From positions 75,591 to 139,590 of IMG/VR virus record IMGVR_UViG_3300010885_072825: a stretch of DNA of 64,000 bases; one strand, 5' to 3'. This document shows positions 47,963 through 58,000 of the stretch, in pieces (the first letter of the stretch is position 1; every line of letters begins with the position of its first letter). Origin of the DNA: a virus. The notes under the pieces were generated by a model. That model was not told the origin of the DNA. It did no database searches and was given only the letters and a program-made list of their open reading frames with translations. The translations under genes and the position numbers were made by a program.

Positions 47963-49804
47963 ACTACAATTGGTATTGACTTGGGCACAGGGAATTCCTG
48001 TGTTGCTGTGATTGAAGACGGTAAAGCACGAGTAATTGAAAATTCAGAGGGTGCTAGAACAACTCCTTCAGTTGTCGCGTTTACAGATTCTGAAATACTC
48101 ATCGGACAGCCCGCTAAACGACAAGCAGCAACGAATCCTGCTAGAACAATTCACGCTGCTAAAAGACTTATTGGCCGCAGTTTTGCAGACAAAACATTAA
48201 AAAATACTGTCAACATCCTACCCTATAAAGTAGTAAAGAACAAAAATGGCGATGCTGCCATTTCAGTAGATGACAAAGTTTTGAGTCCCGAAGAAATTTC
48301 TGCAAAAGTACTCATTAAAATGAAGGAAACTGCTGAAGAATATTTGGGCAAAAAAGTAACTGATGCTGTTATTACATGCCCAGCTTATTTCAATGATGCA
48401 CAGCGACAAGCTACTAAGGCCGCTGGGCAAATTGCCGGTCTAAATGTGCTCCGAGTAATTAATGAACCAACCGCTGCCAGCTTAGCATTTGGTTTAGATG
48501 GCAAAAAGTCAGGAAAATATGTTGTCTGGGACGCTGGTTCTGGAACATTTGACGTAAGCGTCATGGATATTTCAGATGGTGTTTTTGAAGTTCTCAGTAC
48601 CAACGGTGATGTTACACTTGGCGGTGAAGATATCGACCATCTAATTGTGGAATGGGCTATCAAAGAATTTGCAAAAGATAATTCTATTGATCTCAAAAAG
48701 GATGCCATGGCCCTGCAACGAGTTCGTGATGCTGCTGAAAAAGCCAAAATTGAACTCAGTTCAACTCTTCAAACTGAAATCAACCTACCCTATATTTCAG
48801 CTGATGCTACTGGACCCAAGCATATGGTACTTAAACTGAATCGAGCTACTCTGGAAAACATGATTCAGCCACTTGTCGCTCGCATGATTGAACCCGCTAA
48901 AAAAGCACTCAAAGATTCTGGACTTGATGTTGGACAAATTGATGAAATCATCATGGTCGGTGGTACTACTCGTATCCCGGCAGTGCGTGAAGCTGTTAAA
49001 ACATTGTTTGGTAAGGAACCCAACTATTCAGTCAATCCCGACGAAGCTGTTGCTATTGGTGCTGCCATCCAGGGATCAATTCTAAAGGGTGATATTAAAG
49101 ACGTTCTACTCCTGGATGTTACACCACTTACACTGGGAATTGAAACTCAGGGAGGGGTGTTTACGCCTCTGATTGAACGCAACACCACTATCCCAATCAA
49201 GAAGCAACAAACCTTCTCAACTGCAACTGACAATCAACCAGCTGTTACTATACGAGTATTCCAAGGAGAACGTCAGTTTGCAAACGACAACAAACTGCTG
49301 GGACAGTTTGATCTAACTGATATTCCTCCAGCTCCGCGTGGAGTTCCACAAATTGAAGTAGCATTTGACATTGATGCTTCTGGCATTGTCAGTGTTTCTG
49401 CAAAGGATCTGGCAACCAATAAAAGTCATGCCATTAAGATACAGGACAATGGCGGCCTGTCAGAAGATGATATTAAGCGTATGATTGCAGAAGCTGAAGC
49501 TCATGCTGCTGAAGATGCTGCTAGAAAAGAACTAGTAAATGCAAAAAATACAGCAGAAATGATCATCAACTCCACTGAAAAATCACTAAAAGAAGTGGGT
49601 GACAAACTAGCTGAAACTGATCGCCTGGACATTGAAGCTGCTATTGCGGCTTTAAAAACAGAACTTGAATCGGATAATCTAGTAGCGATTCAGGAAGCAC
49701 AACAAACAGTCTTGGCTCGATCACAAAAGATTGGTGAAGTAATGTATGCTGAAACCAAGTCTGCTGATTCAGTACAAGATGCTGAATTCACCGAAGTTAA
49801 CTGA
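47960..49804 (+). CDS. dnaK: Hsp70 chaperone DnaK
   Basis: [52 protein letters not shown]. Confidence 0.97.
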   Translation: MTTIGIDLGTGNSCVAVIEDGKARVIENSEGARTTPSVVAFTDSEILIGQPAKRQAATNPARTIHAAKRLIGRSFADKTLKNTVNILPYKVVKNKNGDAAISVDDKVLSPEEISAKVLIKMKETAEEYLGKKVTDAVITCPAYFNDAQRQATKAAGQIAGLNVLRVINEPTAASLAFGLDGKKSGKYVVWDAGSGTFDVSVMDISDGVFEVLSTNGDVTLGGEDIDHLIVEWAIKEFAKDNSIDLKKDAMALQRVRDAAEKAKIELSSTLQTEINLPYISADATGPKHMVLKLNRATLENMIQPLVARMIEPAKKALKDSGLDVGQIDEIIMVGGTTRIPAVREAVKTLFGKEPNYSVNPDEAVAIGAAIQGSILKGDIKDVLLLDVTPLTLGIETQGGVFTPLIERNTTIPIKKQQTFSTATDNQPAVTIRVFQGERQFANDNKLLGQFDLTDIPPAPRGVPQIEVAFDIDASGIVSVSAKDLATNKSHAIKIQDNGGLSEDDIKRMIAEAEAHAAEDAARKELVNAKNTAEMIINSTEKSLKEVGDKLAETDRLDIEAAIAALKTELESDNLVAIQEAQQTVLARSQKIGEVMYAETKSADSVQDAEFTEVN

Positions 49805-49856
49805 TTGACTTTCCCAGTCGATCCAAATATTATTCAGTCCACAAAAGAAAGATAAT

Positions 49857-50873
49857 ATGATGGGTCGACTGGGAACTCCCTGTAAATGGATCAGCAGTGC
49901 TGAGGATATTAATGGCATCGCCAAAGATTCTCCCACTAAAAAATTCAATACACAGACCACAACAATCACATGGCTGAACAACAATCCCGACAAAGCTGAA
50001 CAGAGATTGTTAGACATTGCACTAGCAAATATCACAGCCCTCAAATTACTAGCTGCAGAAGTTGCTGCTCAACCTGCCATTATGCATATGCTGCGAATGG
50101 GATCTGATATACTGCCTGCATACACAGAAAATTCCTGGAGTTGGTTTTGGCAACAAGCAGATATTAAAAAATTGCTAGAGCAACAATTTGCTGAATTAGG
50201 TGAAATACTTCAAAAAAACTCAATCAAATCAAGCTTTCATCCCGGACAATTTTGTTGTATAGTGTCCGACAAGCCAGACGTGGTAGATCGCAGTTTGGCT
50301 GAATTAGAATATCACGCAGATATGGCACGCATGATGAATTTCGGCAAATCAAAACTGGATTTTAAAATCAATGTGCATTTGAGTGGCAAACTGGGAGCAG
50401 CTGGTTTTGATGCTGCTTGGCAACGAATGTCGCCTGAATTGAGAAACTGTTTGACTATTGAAAATGATGAATACCAAGCTGGTATTGATGCAATTTTACC
50501 ACTATCCAAATATGTGGGTATTGTACTTGACGTGCATCATCATTTTATCAATTCTGGTGAATATTTCTCAGCAACTGATCCACGTATTTCACAAATTTGT
50601 GATAGCTGGTGTAGTGTTAGACCTACTATGCATTATAGCCAAAGCAATTGGGAATATTTGGAACCATTTACAGACTGTTTGCCCAGCTTGGAACAACTAG
50701 TTGCTAACGTACCACGTGGTCGACTCCGAAGCCACAGTGATTTCTACAATCATCGACTACTTAATGCTTGGGCACTAGAGCATTTGAATTGGGCTGACAT
50801 TATGTGTGAGTCAAAGTCTAAGAACTTGGGTGTACAACAGCTGATTCAGCAGTTGAAATCAACGACGGTTTGA
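49857..50873 (+). CDS. uvsE: UV damage endonuclease
   Basis: R.GSD.LP, SFHPGQF, ELEYH, IENDE, LDVHHH, HYSQS, HSD, MCESK.K. Confidence 0.9.
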   Translation: MMGRLGTPCKWISSAEDINGIAKDSPTKKFNTQTTTITWLNNNPDKAEQRLLDIALANITALKLLAAEVAAQPAIMHMLRMGSDILPAYTENSWSWFWQQADIKKLLEQQFAELGEILQKNSIKSSFHPGQFCCIVSDKPDVVDRSLAELEYHADMARMMNFGKSKLDFKINVHLSGKLGAAGFDAAWQRMSPELRNCLTIENDEYQAGIDAILPLSKYVGIVLDVHHHFINSGEYFSATDPRISQICDSWCSVRPTMHYSQSNWEYLEPFTDCLPSLEQLVANVPRGRLRSHSDFYNHRLLNAWALEHLNWADIMCESKSKNLGVQQLIQQLKSTTV

Positions 50874-50877
50874 TAAC

Positions 50878-51906
50878 TTAAAATACCTTAATCAAAATAC
50901 AATCTGAATTCAAACGTCCTGTTGGTTGATGTGCTTTGCCTTTGACATAGTCAGCAAACACAATCTTAGCGCGCTTGGCACTGCTCAAGTTAGTTTCAGT
51001 TAGCATTTCACGCGGCTTTCGAATAGTTTTTCCCCAGCTTAGCGCCGGATCAAATCCCGAAATATTGCTGGTTGACAAATCCAATCCCGTTTCTGATTCA
51101 TAGTACCAAAGAATTCGATTCTTGGTATTGAATACTAGTGCCGTCTTTGCGCCCACAATCTGTCCTGGATCAACTCCAACCAGTCCCCATTCCACATCCA
51201 GCTGTTTGGATTTGACTTGGCTGGCTTTCTTCTGTGTTTTTAAACTCTGCGTCTTTCGACCAGCAACGGTAGCATTTCCAGTCCTAGCTGCCAGCACATT
51301 GTTGACAATCATAAGTGGCATCACTGTTTCACTTACAGCAGGATTGGCTAGTGATTTTACTACCAGCATATAATCTTCATGATAATGCTTGTAGAGCTTT
51401 TTCAATAGATTGGTTGATGGCTGAGTTTGTCGAATTAGTTGATCCAATTTGGTTTGAATCAGATCTGGGGTTTGTCGATTATGCCACCAAATTTGATCAA
51501 TACGGCTAAACATGTTGACATATTGAATTGTCTGTCTTTGACGAGCTGAGAGTTCAATATCAGGTTCTTCAGTTTGATGCGACACGTTTTGACGAATCTT
51601 TCGCATTTCTTTATCAAACCAGTCTTGTGTCTGCTCAGTCAATTCACCACCATTGTTTGAAACCCAAGCAATCTTGCCAACTGACAAGAATCGCCAATCT
51701 GGTGCAGCCTCATACCAATCCCAGTCGTGATCATTCAATTCACACCAAGTTTTTGTATGTTGTTTTAGTTCAGCATTGTTAAATTCATGTCGAGCATAAC
51801 CTATTGCAGCATGATACAACATGGCATAATCGGTATTTGAAACAGTCAAATCATTAAAGTCTGGTAAATCACCACGTTGTCCAAAAGATGTATCATGTTT
51901 CGACAT
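50878..51906 (-). CDS. Conserved T4-like hypothetical protein
   Basis: VFNTKNR...KTIRKP...GRLN. Confidence 0.7.
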   Translation of the reverse strand: MSKHDTSFGQRGDLPDFNDLTVSNTDYAMLYHAAIGYARHEFNNAELKQHTKTWCELNDHDWDWYEAAPDWRFLSVGKIAWVSNNGGELTEQTQDWFDKEMRKIRQNVSHQTEEPDIELSARQRQTIQYVNMFSRIDQIWWHNRQTPDLIQTKLDQLIRQTQPSTNLLKKLYKHYHEDYMLVVKSLANPAVSETVMPLMIVNNVLAARTGNATVAGRKTQSLKTQKKASQVKSKQLDVEWGLVGVDPGQIVGAKTALVFNTKNRILWYYESETGLDLSTSNISGFDPALSWGKTIRKPREMLTETNLSSAKRAKIVFADYVKGKAHQPTGRLNSDCILIKVF

Positions 51907-51974
51907 TGAAATCTCCTATGCCAAATGATACATTTTTTGTTGTTAAAAGTCAACAGTTTATTTTTGATAAAAAT

Positions 51975-54900
51975 TTATATGGTTGTCAGTAGTTCTTGTA
52001 ATTTTTTCTTATCAGATAGGTTCAACATGTTGAATTTTTTTGATAGTCGTTTATTGTTAGCTTGATATTCAATCTGTATTTCTTGAAAATCAATTTCACG
52101 GACGAGATTCTGTAGAGCTCGGCAGGCTTGTTTGGAGGGTTGATGCATTTCAATTTGAAGTTGGTTTGTGATGTTTCCTCCGAATATTAGTCGTATTGCT
52201 CCGTCAGCTAGGAAATCATAATTTCGGTTATATCCCATTTCACTGGCAATTTTTTCGTGTCCAAACATTCTATCAACTTTTAAAAATGTACCAGTTGGCG
52301 AAATCCAACCACCATAAGTGCCTTTGGGTAATTGATATATTTCAGTAGCAACAGATTCAGTTAATGTATCTTTGATTTGGTCAAAATATTCTAGACAGTC
52401 AGCCTTCAAATAGGCATAGTATTTGTTCATCAACCCCAAATCAACAGATTCAATAGGGTGAATGTGATTGATTGCGCGCGGATGTTTGCTGCATGCAGCG
52501 GCTTGAATCATAGGAAAAGGGTTGAAAATATAATGAATTCCATACTCTGATTGCTGAACAACATATAATTGAACCTCTAAGCTTGGCTGCTTGATACATT
52601 CAATAGCACGCCAATTGGACTGAAGTGCCGCCAGTTGAACTTTGGCACTGGGATCCGATATTTCTTCTATATTCCAGGGACTTCTTTTCACCAATTCAAC
52701 CTGTCGTTCTTCTGGCCAAGTATTGGGATCAGCTACATCATAAGCAGCTTCTGTTAAATCTTGAAGACTATCAAAACGTCGAATAATTTTTCCAAGCCAA
52801 TTTGCAAATTTTTCACTATCCATGATTCGAATTTCTGGTTGTACTATGGTTGCAACTTCTGATCGAGACTTATACCTAGTTAAAACAATATCTGATAGTT
52901 GTGAACGGCGTGGTTCAAGTACTTGATTATAGAATACTGTCAAAGCCGGTTGTGTTGGTTTCGCCCATTCCAGTTGTAATCGGCCAGGAAGAAAAACAAC
53001 CCTAATACAACCTTTGATTAAAGCAGCGGTAGTTGCATTAAGAGTGTGAGAATATTTTTTTTTATCCAATGCTTTATCATGTCCCCAGCGATCTGTTACT
53101 GGTATGAATGTTCCATCTTCCAGGATCCAAGCACCATATAGATTGTTGGCATGTTCTTGTAAATTTTCTTTTTCAAGTTTTTCTAAATATTCATTTTGTT
53201 CAATATCCAAAATATCTCGATGTTTTTTCAATAAACTAATATCAATTGATTCTATTGGTACTATCCAGTTGATTAGTGATGGGAGTTTTTTAATAACAAC
53301 AAATTGAATCATTGGTGGAGGACGATATATATAACAAATTGCTCGAGGATTTTCGTTACATGCTGTCAATTGAACTTTAATACTCGGATGTTTGATCGCG
53401 TTTATATATTTATAATATGTTTGAACATATTTTATTTGTTTTTCTTCTGACCAAGTATTAGGATCACTTTCCCAATCATCAACTATTTCTGTTTCTTGCA
53501 AGTTTTCTTTTTCAATCTTTGCTAGATATTGAAGTTGATCTGGACACAAAATATCTCGATATTGCTGCAAGAGACTTATATCAGCTGATTCCAATGGACG
53601 GATAAAGTTGATCGCCCATGCATCTTTTTGACATGCTGCAAATTGAACTAATGGAGCCGGATTATTAATTCGAAAAATCATATGTGCATGCTGAGTTACT
53701 GCCGCCAATTGAACTGATATACTGGGGTTGTGAATTTTTTTTATATTATTGCTGTTCATCTTAACATAACAAATTTGTTTCTCTTCTGACCAAGTATTGG
53801 GATCACCTGACCAATCATCAAAAGTTTCTGCTTCTTGCAAATTTTCTTTTTCAAATTTTTCTAGATATTCTAGGCGGGCGGGATTCAAAATATCTCGATA
53901 TTGTTGTAAAAGACTTATATGGGTCGCTTCAATGGGATCTATAAAATTAATAATTTCAGGGTTTCGTTTGATTGCTGCATGCTGCACTGATACTGGTGGA
54001 TTATGTATTACTTCTATAGACGTTGCATTTTGTTTGACAGCAGCTAATTGAACTTCAACAACCGGATCTTTGATAAATTGAATCGCATAACCATTTTTTT
54101 CTACAGCAGCTAATTGAACCGCAACAACAGGGTCTTTGATACTTTTAATAGATACCCAATCGTTTTTAACTGATGCCAATTGCATCTTGACATCAATACT
54201 TACCAATTCTTCAGATTCAGCTGTTGATATATTTGGATTTACCGATTGTTCAATCAACTGATTTATAAAACGCAAAAACTTGGTAGCTGATTCAAATACT
54301 TCACCATCATAACCATCTGCTGTATCTAGAGCGGCATCACCTGATTCAAAAAATATTTTCAAAGTTGGGTTAACACGCCTAATTTCGTTTCTAAGAGCAC
54401 GTAACGCTTTTCTAGGGGGCGTCTGCATTCCCCAAGCTACTTCAGTTTCAACTATTTTTTCCCATTCTTTACTCCAGTGCTCATTCACAACTCGAATTGC
54501 ACCTTGATCAAACATTTCTGCATAGTTGCGGCAACCAAATCGTTCACGAGCTATCTTTTGATGTTGTTCATAACCAACTTCTATTTTTGAACCATCTGAC
54601 AAAATCCAACTTCCATAAGCAACAGTCGTTTGATTTTCTTGAAGCGTTTGGTTGGATAGATAAGCATTGATACGTTTTGTCACTTGCTGCCAATCACCTT
54701 GAATTACTGAATCTCCCCAATCAGCCACAATCTTTTCTGGTTTTTCTGCCATTATCAATCTGACCAGTGAACGCAATGCTGGGCGACTTTCTTTTGTAAT
54801 TTCAAATTCCATGCTTCCGCGTTCATAATTAGAGACAACTCGGATAGCGCCTTGTCGTAATAATCGTGGCAAACAAGCTGGTCCTGCCATGTCAGTAACA

Positions 54901-56621
54901 TCAAGTATTTCCATTGCAACCTGTTCATGGTTGGTATAATCAACTGCAACATACTTGCCATCTGGCATGATCCAATATCCATATCGAGTTGGTGGAATGA
55001 CAGCTTCGGTCAAGTTAGACAATCCATGTATTTCTTCATATTGTTTTACCAGTGCAGGAAGTCGGCACTCTCTTGGCTCAACCCAGGTAATAGATTCTGG
55101 ATTTTGTTTGTAAGCAGCAAACTGGATAAGTGGTGCAGGATTGTAAATTTGCAGAATTGCAAGCCCACTTCGTTGAACTGCGGTCAATTGCATTGCCAAA
55201 CTGGGATTAGTGAAATTTCCCAAATCTTCAGGATAGTGTTTTAAGTATTCGATTTTCTCTGCTTCAGGCCAGTTGTCAGCGTCTAGCCAAGTCGATGGCC
55301 AAGCACCAGGATCAATTTGCGTAGGAAAGATGTCATCTGATTCTACTATTGTAGTGTTTTTAATTTTTTGTTTATACAAGGCAGTTGCTTCTGCAGTGGG
55401 ATTTTGAATGTAGGGAAACAAAACTGGCATTTCTTTGACAATTTTCATTTGTAGACTGGTTTCCAAATTCTTGATATTTTCTAACGTAAATGACTGCTCT
55501 GTATTCCTATATGTTGCATTCGGATACAAAAATCCATTTAGACTACATAGATCAGATACAACAATATATTGTATCAATGCACTGGGATTATCAATTACAG
55601 TAATTGCTCTGGAATCATTTTTTACTGCTGCAATTTGAACTGGTAATGAAGGATTAATCAAAGATTCAATATTCCGCCAATCTTCTTTTACATAATCTAT
55701 TTGCTGTTCCAAACTCCAGCCGCGCGGATAATCAGAATCATCATAATCATCAGACTCGAAAGATTCTTTTAATGACATCTTTTGTTTATACAACGCAATT
55801 GCTTCCGGAGTGGGGTTTTGAATACAGGGAAATAATTCCGGTCGTTTTTCAATAATCATTAGTTGAATACTGGGATCTAAATTTGATATTAGCTTAATAG
55901 TTTTTCCAATGCCTGGATCTCCATGTTTATTAAGTAATTCAGAAAATGCCAAAAATTGTATTAAAGGTGGTGGATCGGTAATTGAATCTATTGCCCAAGG
56001 TTCATGTTTCACAGCCGCAATTTGTAGATTTATAGTAGGGTTGTTAAAAAAATAAATAGTATGTGGACTCCATTCAATTAATCGAAAATGTTTTGCGGTA
56101 TCATCAGATCTGGCTATAGCACGAAAATTACGTATACCTACAAATTCTCTGTCAAGTTCTTGTCTTCGACTATCATCTTCATCTGATTCATTTAAAACAG
56201 CAGCCTTTTTCAACTGTTGTTTGATCTCATTTAGTTTTAACAAAGCTTTTGAAAATGGCAACGTCCAACCAGCAACCGCATTCCAAAAATCCTTGGTCAC
56301 CGTATCAGGCCGTTCAGTACGACAAATTTGAATTAATGATGCAATTGCTGAAGCACTGGTTTTAGTTAGATCACATTGAAAACCAACATTTAACTCTCCA
56401 GTATAGACCGCATTTGACATCGTAACTCGGATTGATCCTGACTTGAACATGAGTTCATATCGCTCCATGTCATGACCAGTTATAACACCAAGTGACTCCA
56501 AATAATCAGCAGCAACTACCGCATGCTTCATATCAGCTACAGGCAGACATTCTCCAGATTCTAGAATCCAATATCCATATGAAGAGGGTGGGATTTCATG
56601 TTCCCATAAAACAATTGTCAT
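51975..56621 (-). CDS. Modular 1548-aa protein with 5 YG.WI..G/H/G.IRV domains and 7 helical QLAAV-repeat (DUF4116-like) modules; predicted cleaved polyprotein
   Basis: Internal repeats with module junctions at L/I-x-E; late promoter. Confidence 0.8.
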   Translation of the reverse strand: MTIVLWEHEIPPSSYGYWILESGECLPVADMKHAVVAADYLESLGVITGHDMERYELMFKSGSIRVTMSNAVYTGELNVGFQCDLTKTSASAIASLIQICRTERPDTVTKDFWNAVAGWTLPFSKALLKLNEIKQQLKKAAVLNESDEDDSRRQELDREFVGIRNFRAIARSDDTAKHFRLIEWSPHTIYFFNNPTINLQIAAVKHEPWAIDSITDPPPLIQFLAFSELLNKHGDPGIGKTIKLISNLDPSIQLMIIEKRPELFPCIQNPTPEAIALYKQKMSLKESFESDDYDDSDYPRGWSLEQQIDYVKEDWRNIESLINPSLPVQIAAVKNDSRAITVIDNPSALIQYIVVSDLCSLNGFLYPNATYRNTEQSFTLENIKNLETSLQMKIVKEMPVLFPYIQNPTAEATALYKQKIKNTTIVESDDIFPTQIDPGAWPSTWLDADNWPEAEKIEYLKHYPEDLGNFTNPSLAMQLTAVQRSGLAILQIYNPAPLIQFAAYKQNPESITWVEPRECRLPALVKQYEEIHGLSNLTEAVIPPTRYGYWIMPDGKYVAVDYTNHEQVAMEILDVTDMAGPACLPRLLRQGAIRVVSNYERGSMEFEITKESRPALRSLVRLIMAEKPEKIVADWGDSVIQGDWQQVTKRINAYLSNQTLQENQTTVAYGSWILSDGSKIEVGYEQHQKIARERFGCRNYAEMFDQGAIRVVNEHWSKEWEKIVETEVAWGMQTPPRKALRALRNEIRRVNPTLKIFFESGDAALDTADGYDGEVFESATKFLRFINQLIEQSVNPNISTAESEELVSIDVKMQLASVKNDWVSIKSIKDPVVAVQLAAVEKNGYAIQFIKDPVVEVQLAAVKQNATSIEVIHNPPVSVQHAAIKRNPEIINFIDPIEATHISLLQQYRDILNPARLEYLEKFEKENLQEAETFDDWSGDPNTWSEEKQICYVKMNSNNIKKIHNPSISVQLAAVTQHAHMIFRINNPAPLVQFAACQKDAWAINFIRPLESADISLLQQYRDILCPDQLQYLAKIEKENLQETEIVDDWESDPNTWSEEKQIKYVQTYYKYINAIKHPSIKVQLTACNENPRAICYIYRPPPMIQFVVIKKLPSLINWIVPIESIDISLLKKHRDILDIEQNEYLEKLEKENLQEHANNLYGAWILEDGTFIPVTDRWGHDKALDKKKYSHTLNATTAALIKGCIRVVFLPGRLQLEWAKPTQPALTVFYNQVLEPRRSQLSDIVLTRYKSRSEVATIVQPEIRIMDSEKFANWLGKIIRRFDSLQDLTEAAYDVADPNTWPEERQVELVKRSPWNIEEISDPSAKVQLAALQSNWRAIECIKQPSLEVQLYVVQQSEYGIHYIFNPFPMIQAAACSKHPRAINHIHPIESVDLGLMNKYYAYLKADCLEYFDQIKDTLTESVATEIYQLPKGTYGGWISPTGTFLKVDRMFGHEKIASEMGYNRNYDFLADGAIRLIFGGNITNQLQIEMHQPSKQACRALQNLVREIDFQEIQIEYQANNKRLSKKFNMLNLSDKKKLQELLTTI

Positions 56622-56651
56622 CCCTTATTTATTGGAAAACAAATATATAAG

Positions 56652-57908
56652 TTATGAATCAAAATCCCCAATTGCTTCACGCAACATGCGAGCTAGTCGG
56701 CCAGGATTTTGCTGATAAACATGACGAATTAATCGAGTTAGCTTTTGATCGGATTCTGAAATTTTGGATGGAGTGTTGGGTAAATTTTCGGAATCCGGTG
56801 AGCCAGGCAATTCCACACCAGCTCTACCAAACCATCCTGAACGAGGAGTTGTACTAATCCAATATACTCTGCCTTTAAATTCTTGTTGAGAAGTATATAT
56901 CGCACCAGGTGGCAAATCTTTTTTCAAACAATCATTATCAAGATAGCCATTTAAAAAAAGATTACGATGACGCAATAAAAGTGTATGTATTAATGGCTGT
57001 CGCAAATCAAGTGGTACATACCAAGCAGCTTTTTTATTTTGTAGAACAGCAACTAAACATTCGCGAATCGTAGGATCAGTAATTTCACGAAGTCGCATGC
57101 CGTCTCGTTTCAACATAGCTTCGCGATCCGCAGGCGTCATTTGATCGGATTCCGACAATGTATCATAATTACCTAATGCACCAGCTGGCATTTTATTTTT
57201 AGATGTTTCTTTATATAACATTTTGCCAATTTTAGAATTATAATCTTTTACTGCATTAATAAATTGATAACGCATGTCAACCGGAACATACCACTGAGCT
57301 AATGGGGTTTGTCGAAAAGCAACTAAACATTCACGTAGTGTTGGATCCGAAATTTCACGAAGTCGCATGCCGTCTCGTTTCAACATAGCTTCGCGATCCG
57401 CAGGCGTCATTTGATCGGATTCTGATAAATCTGTTTTCCAAAATTTTGAATCTTCACCAATTTGAATTATTAAATTTTTGACTGTTCCTGATGCTTCAAA
57501 AGTAACATTCAACAAAGCCGGATGCTTATTAAGCATATCTAGAACACTTTTATAACCAACCAATTTAACAATTTTGTTTAATGCTTCTTCGTCATTATCA
57601 CAATGTTCAATCATTTCTTCAAATTTTTCTTGAGAAACACCATTTCTATATTTGGTAGTTTCATACATTTGTTCAAACAATAATTCCACAGCACTATCAT
57701 TCAAAACTAAACTAACACATGATTGATGTTGATTAAGAAAATCTAACACGCTGGAATACCCAACGTATTTCACCAATTTATTTAATGTTGCATTATCATA
57801 GTTTGGATTTTTATTAAAAAACGCGTCCATCTTGTCTTCATTGGCGGTTTCCATAATATGCCGTCCTTCAAACAAATTTAAATGTTTTCTAATTTCACTA
57901 GCTGACAT
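56652..57908 (-). CDS. Modular repeat protein, candidate internal head polyprotein
   Basis: MSASEIRKHLNLFE|; three (L/I)SE|SDQ junctions; duplicated LNK.VK.VGY.SVLD.LN.H. Confidence 0.75.
   Translation of the reverse strand: MSASEIRKHLNLFEGRHIMETANEDKMDAFFNKNPNYDNATLNKLVKYVGYSSVLDFLNQHQSCVSLVLNDSAVELLFEQMYETTKYRNGVSQEKFEEMIEHCDNDEEALNKIVKLVGYKSVLDMLNKHPALLNVTFEASGTVKNLIIQIGEDSKFWKTDLSESDQMTPADREAMLKRDGMRLREISDPTLRECLVAFRQTPLAQWYVPVDMRYQFINAVKDYNSKIGKMLYKETSKNKMPAGALGNYDTLSESDQMTPADREAMLKRDGMRLREITDPTIRECLVAVLQNKKAAWYVPLDLRQPLIHTLLLRHRNLFLNGYLDNDCLKKDLPPGAIYTSQQEFKGRVYWISTTPRSGWFGRAGVELPGSPDSENLPNTPSKISESDQKLTRLIRHVYQQNPGRLARMLREAIGDFDS
57081..57422. repeat. 72-bp exact direct repeat (57081-57152 and 57351-57422)
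   Basis: Identical aatttcacga...ttgatcggattc copies 270 bp apart, in frame. Confidence 0.95.
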
Positions 57909-58000
57909 AACATATCCTATTTTTATTGTCTAAAACTATTTATCAAATTTGTTTTTTTTTGAATTTGGGGCGAATTTTTAGAACTTTTGATCGAAAAACA

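Noticed and set aside
26464-49804. Bacterial chromosome or prophage origin suggested by rpoD, dnaK and thyA
   Set aside because: These genes are divergent, lack their usual bacterial operon neighbours, and are interspersed with T4-like structural genes and late promoters.
57081-57422. CRISPR array or DGR template/variable repeat
   Set aside because: Only two identical in-frame coding copies, with no adenine-specific differences and no cas or reverse transcriptase gene in the window.
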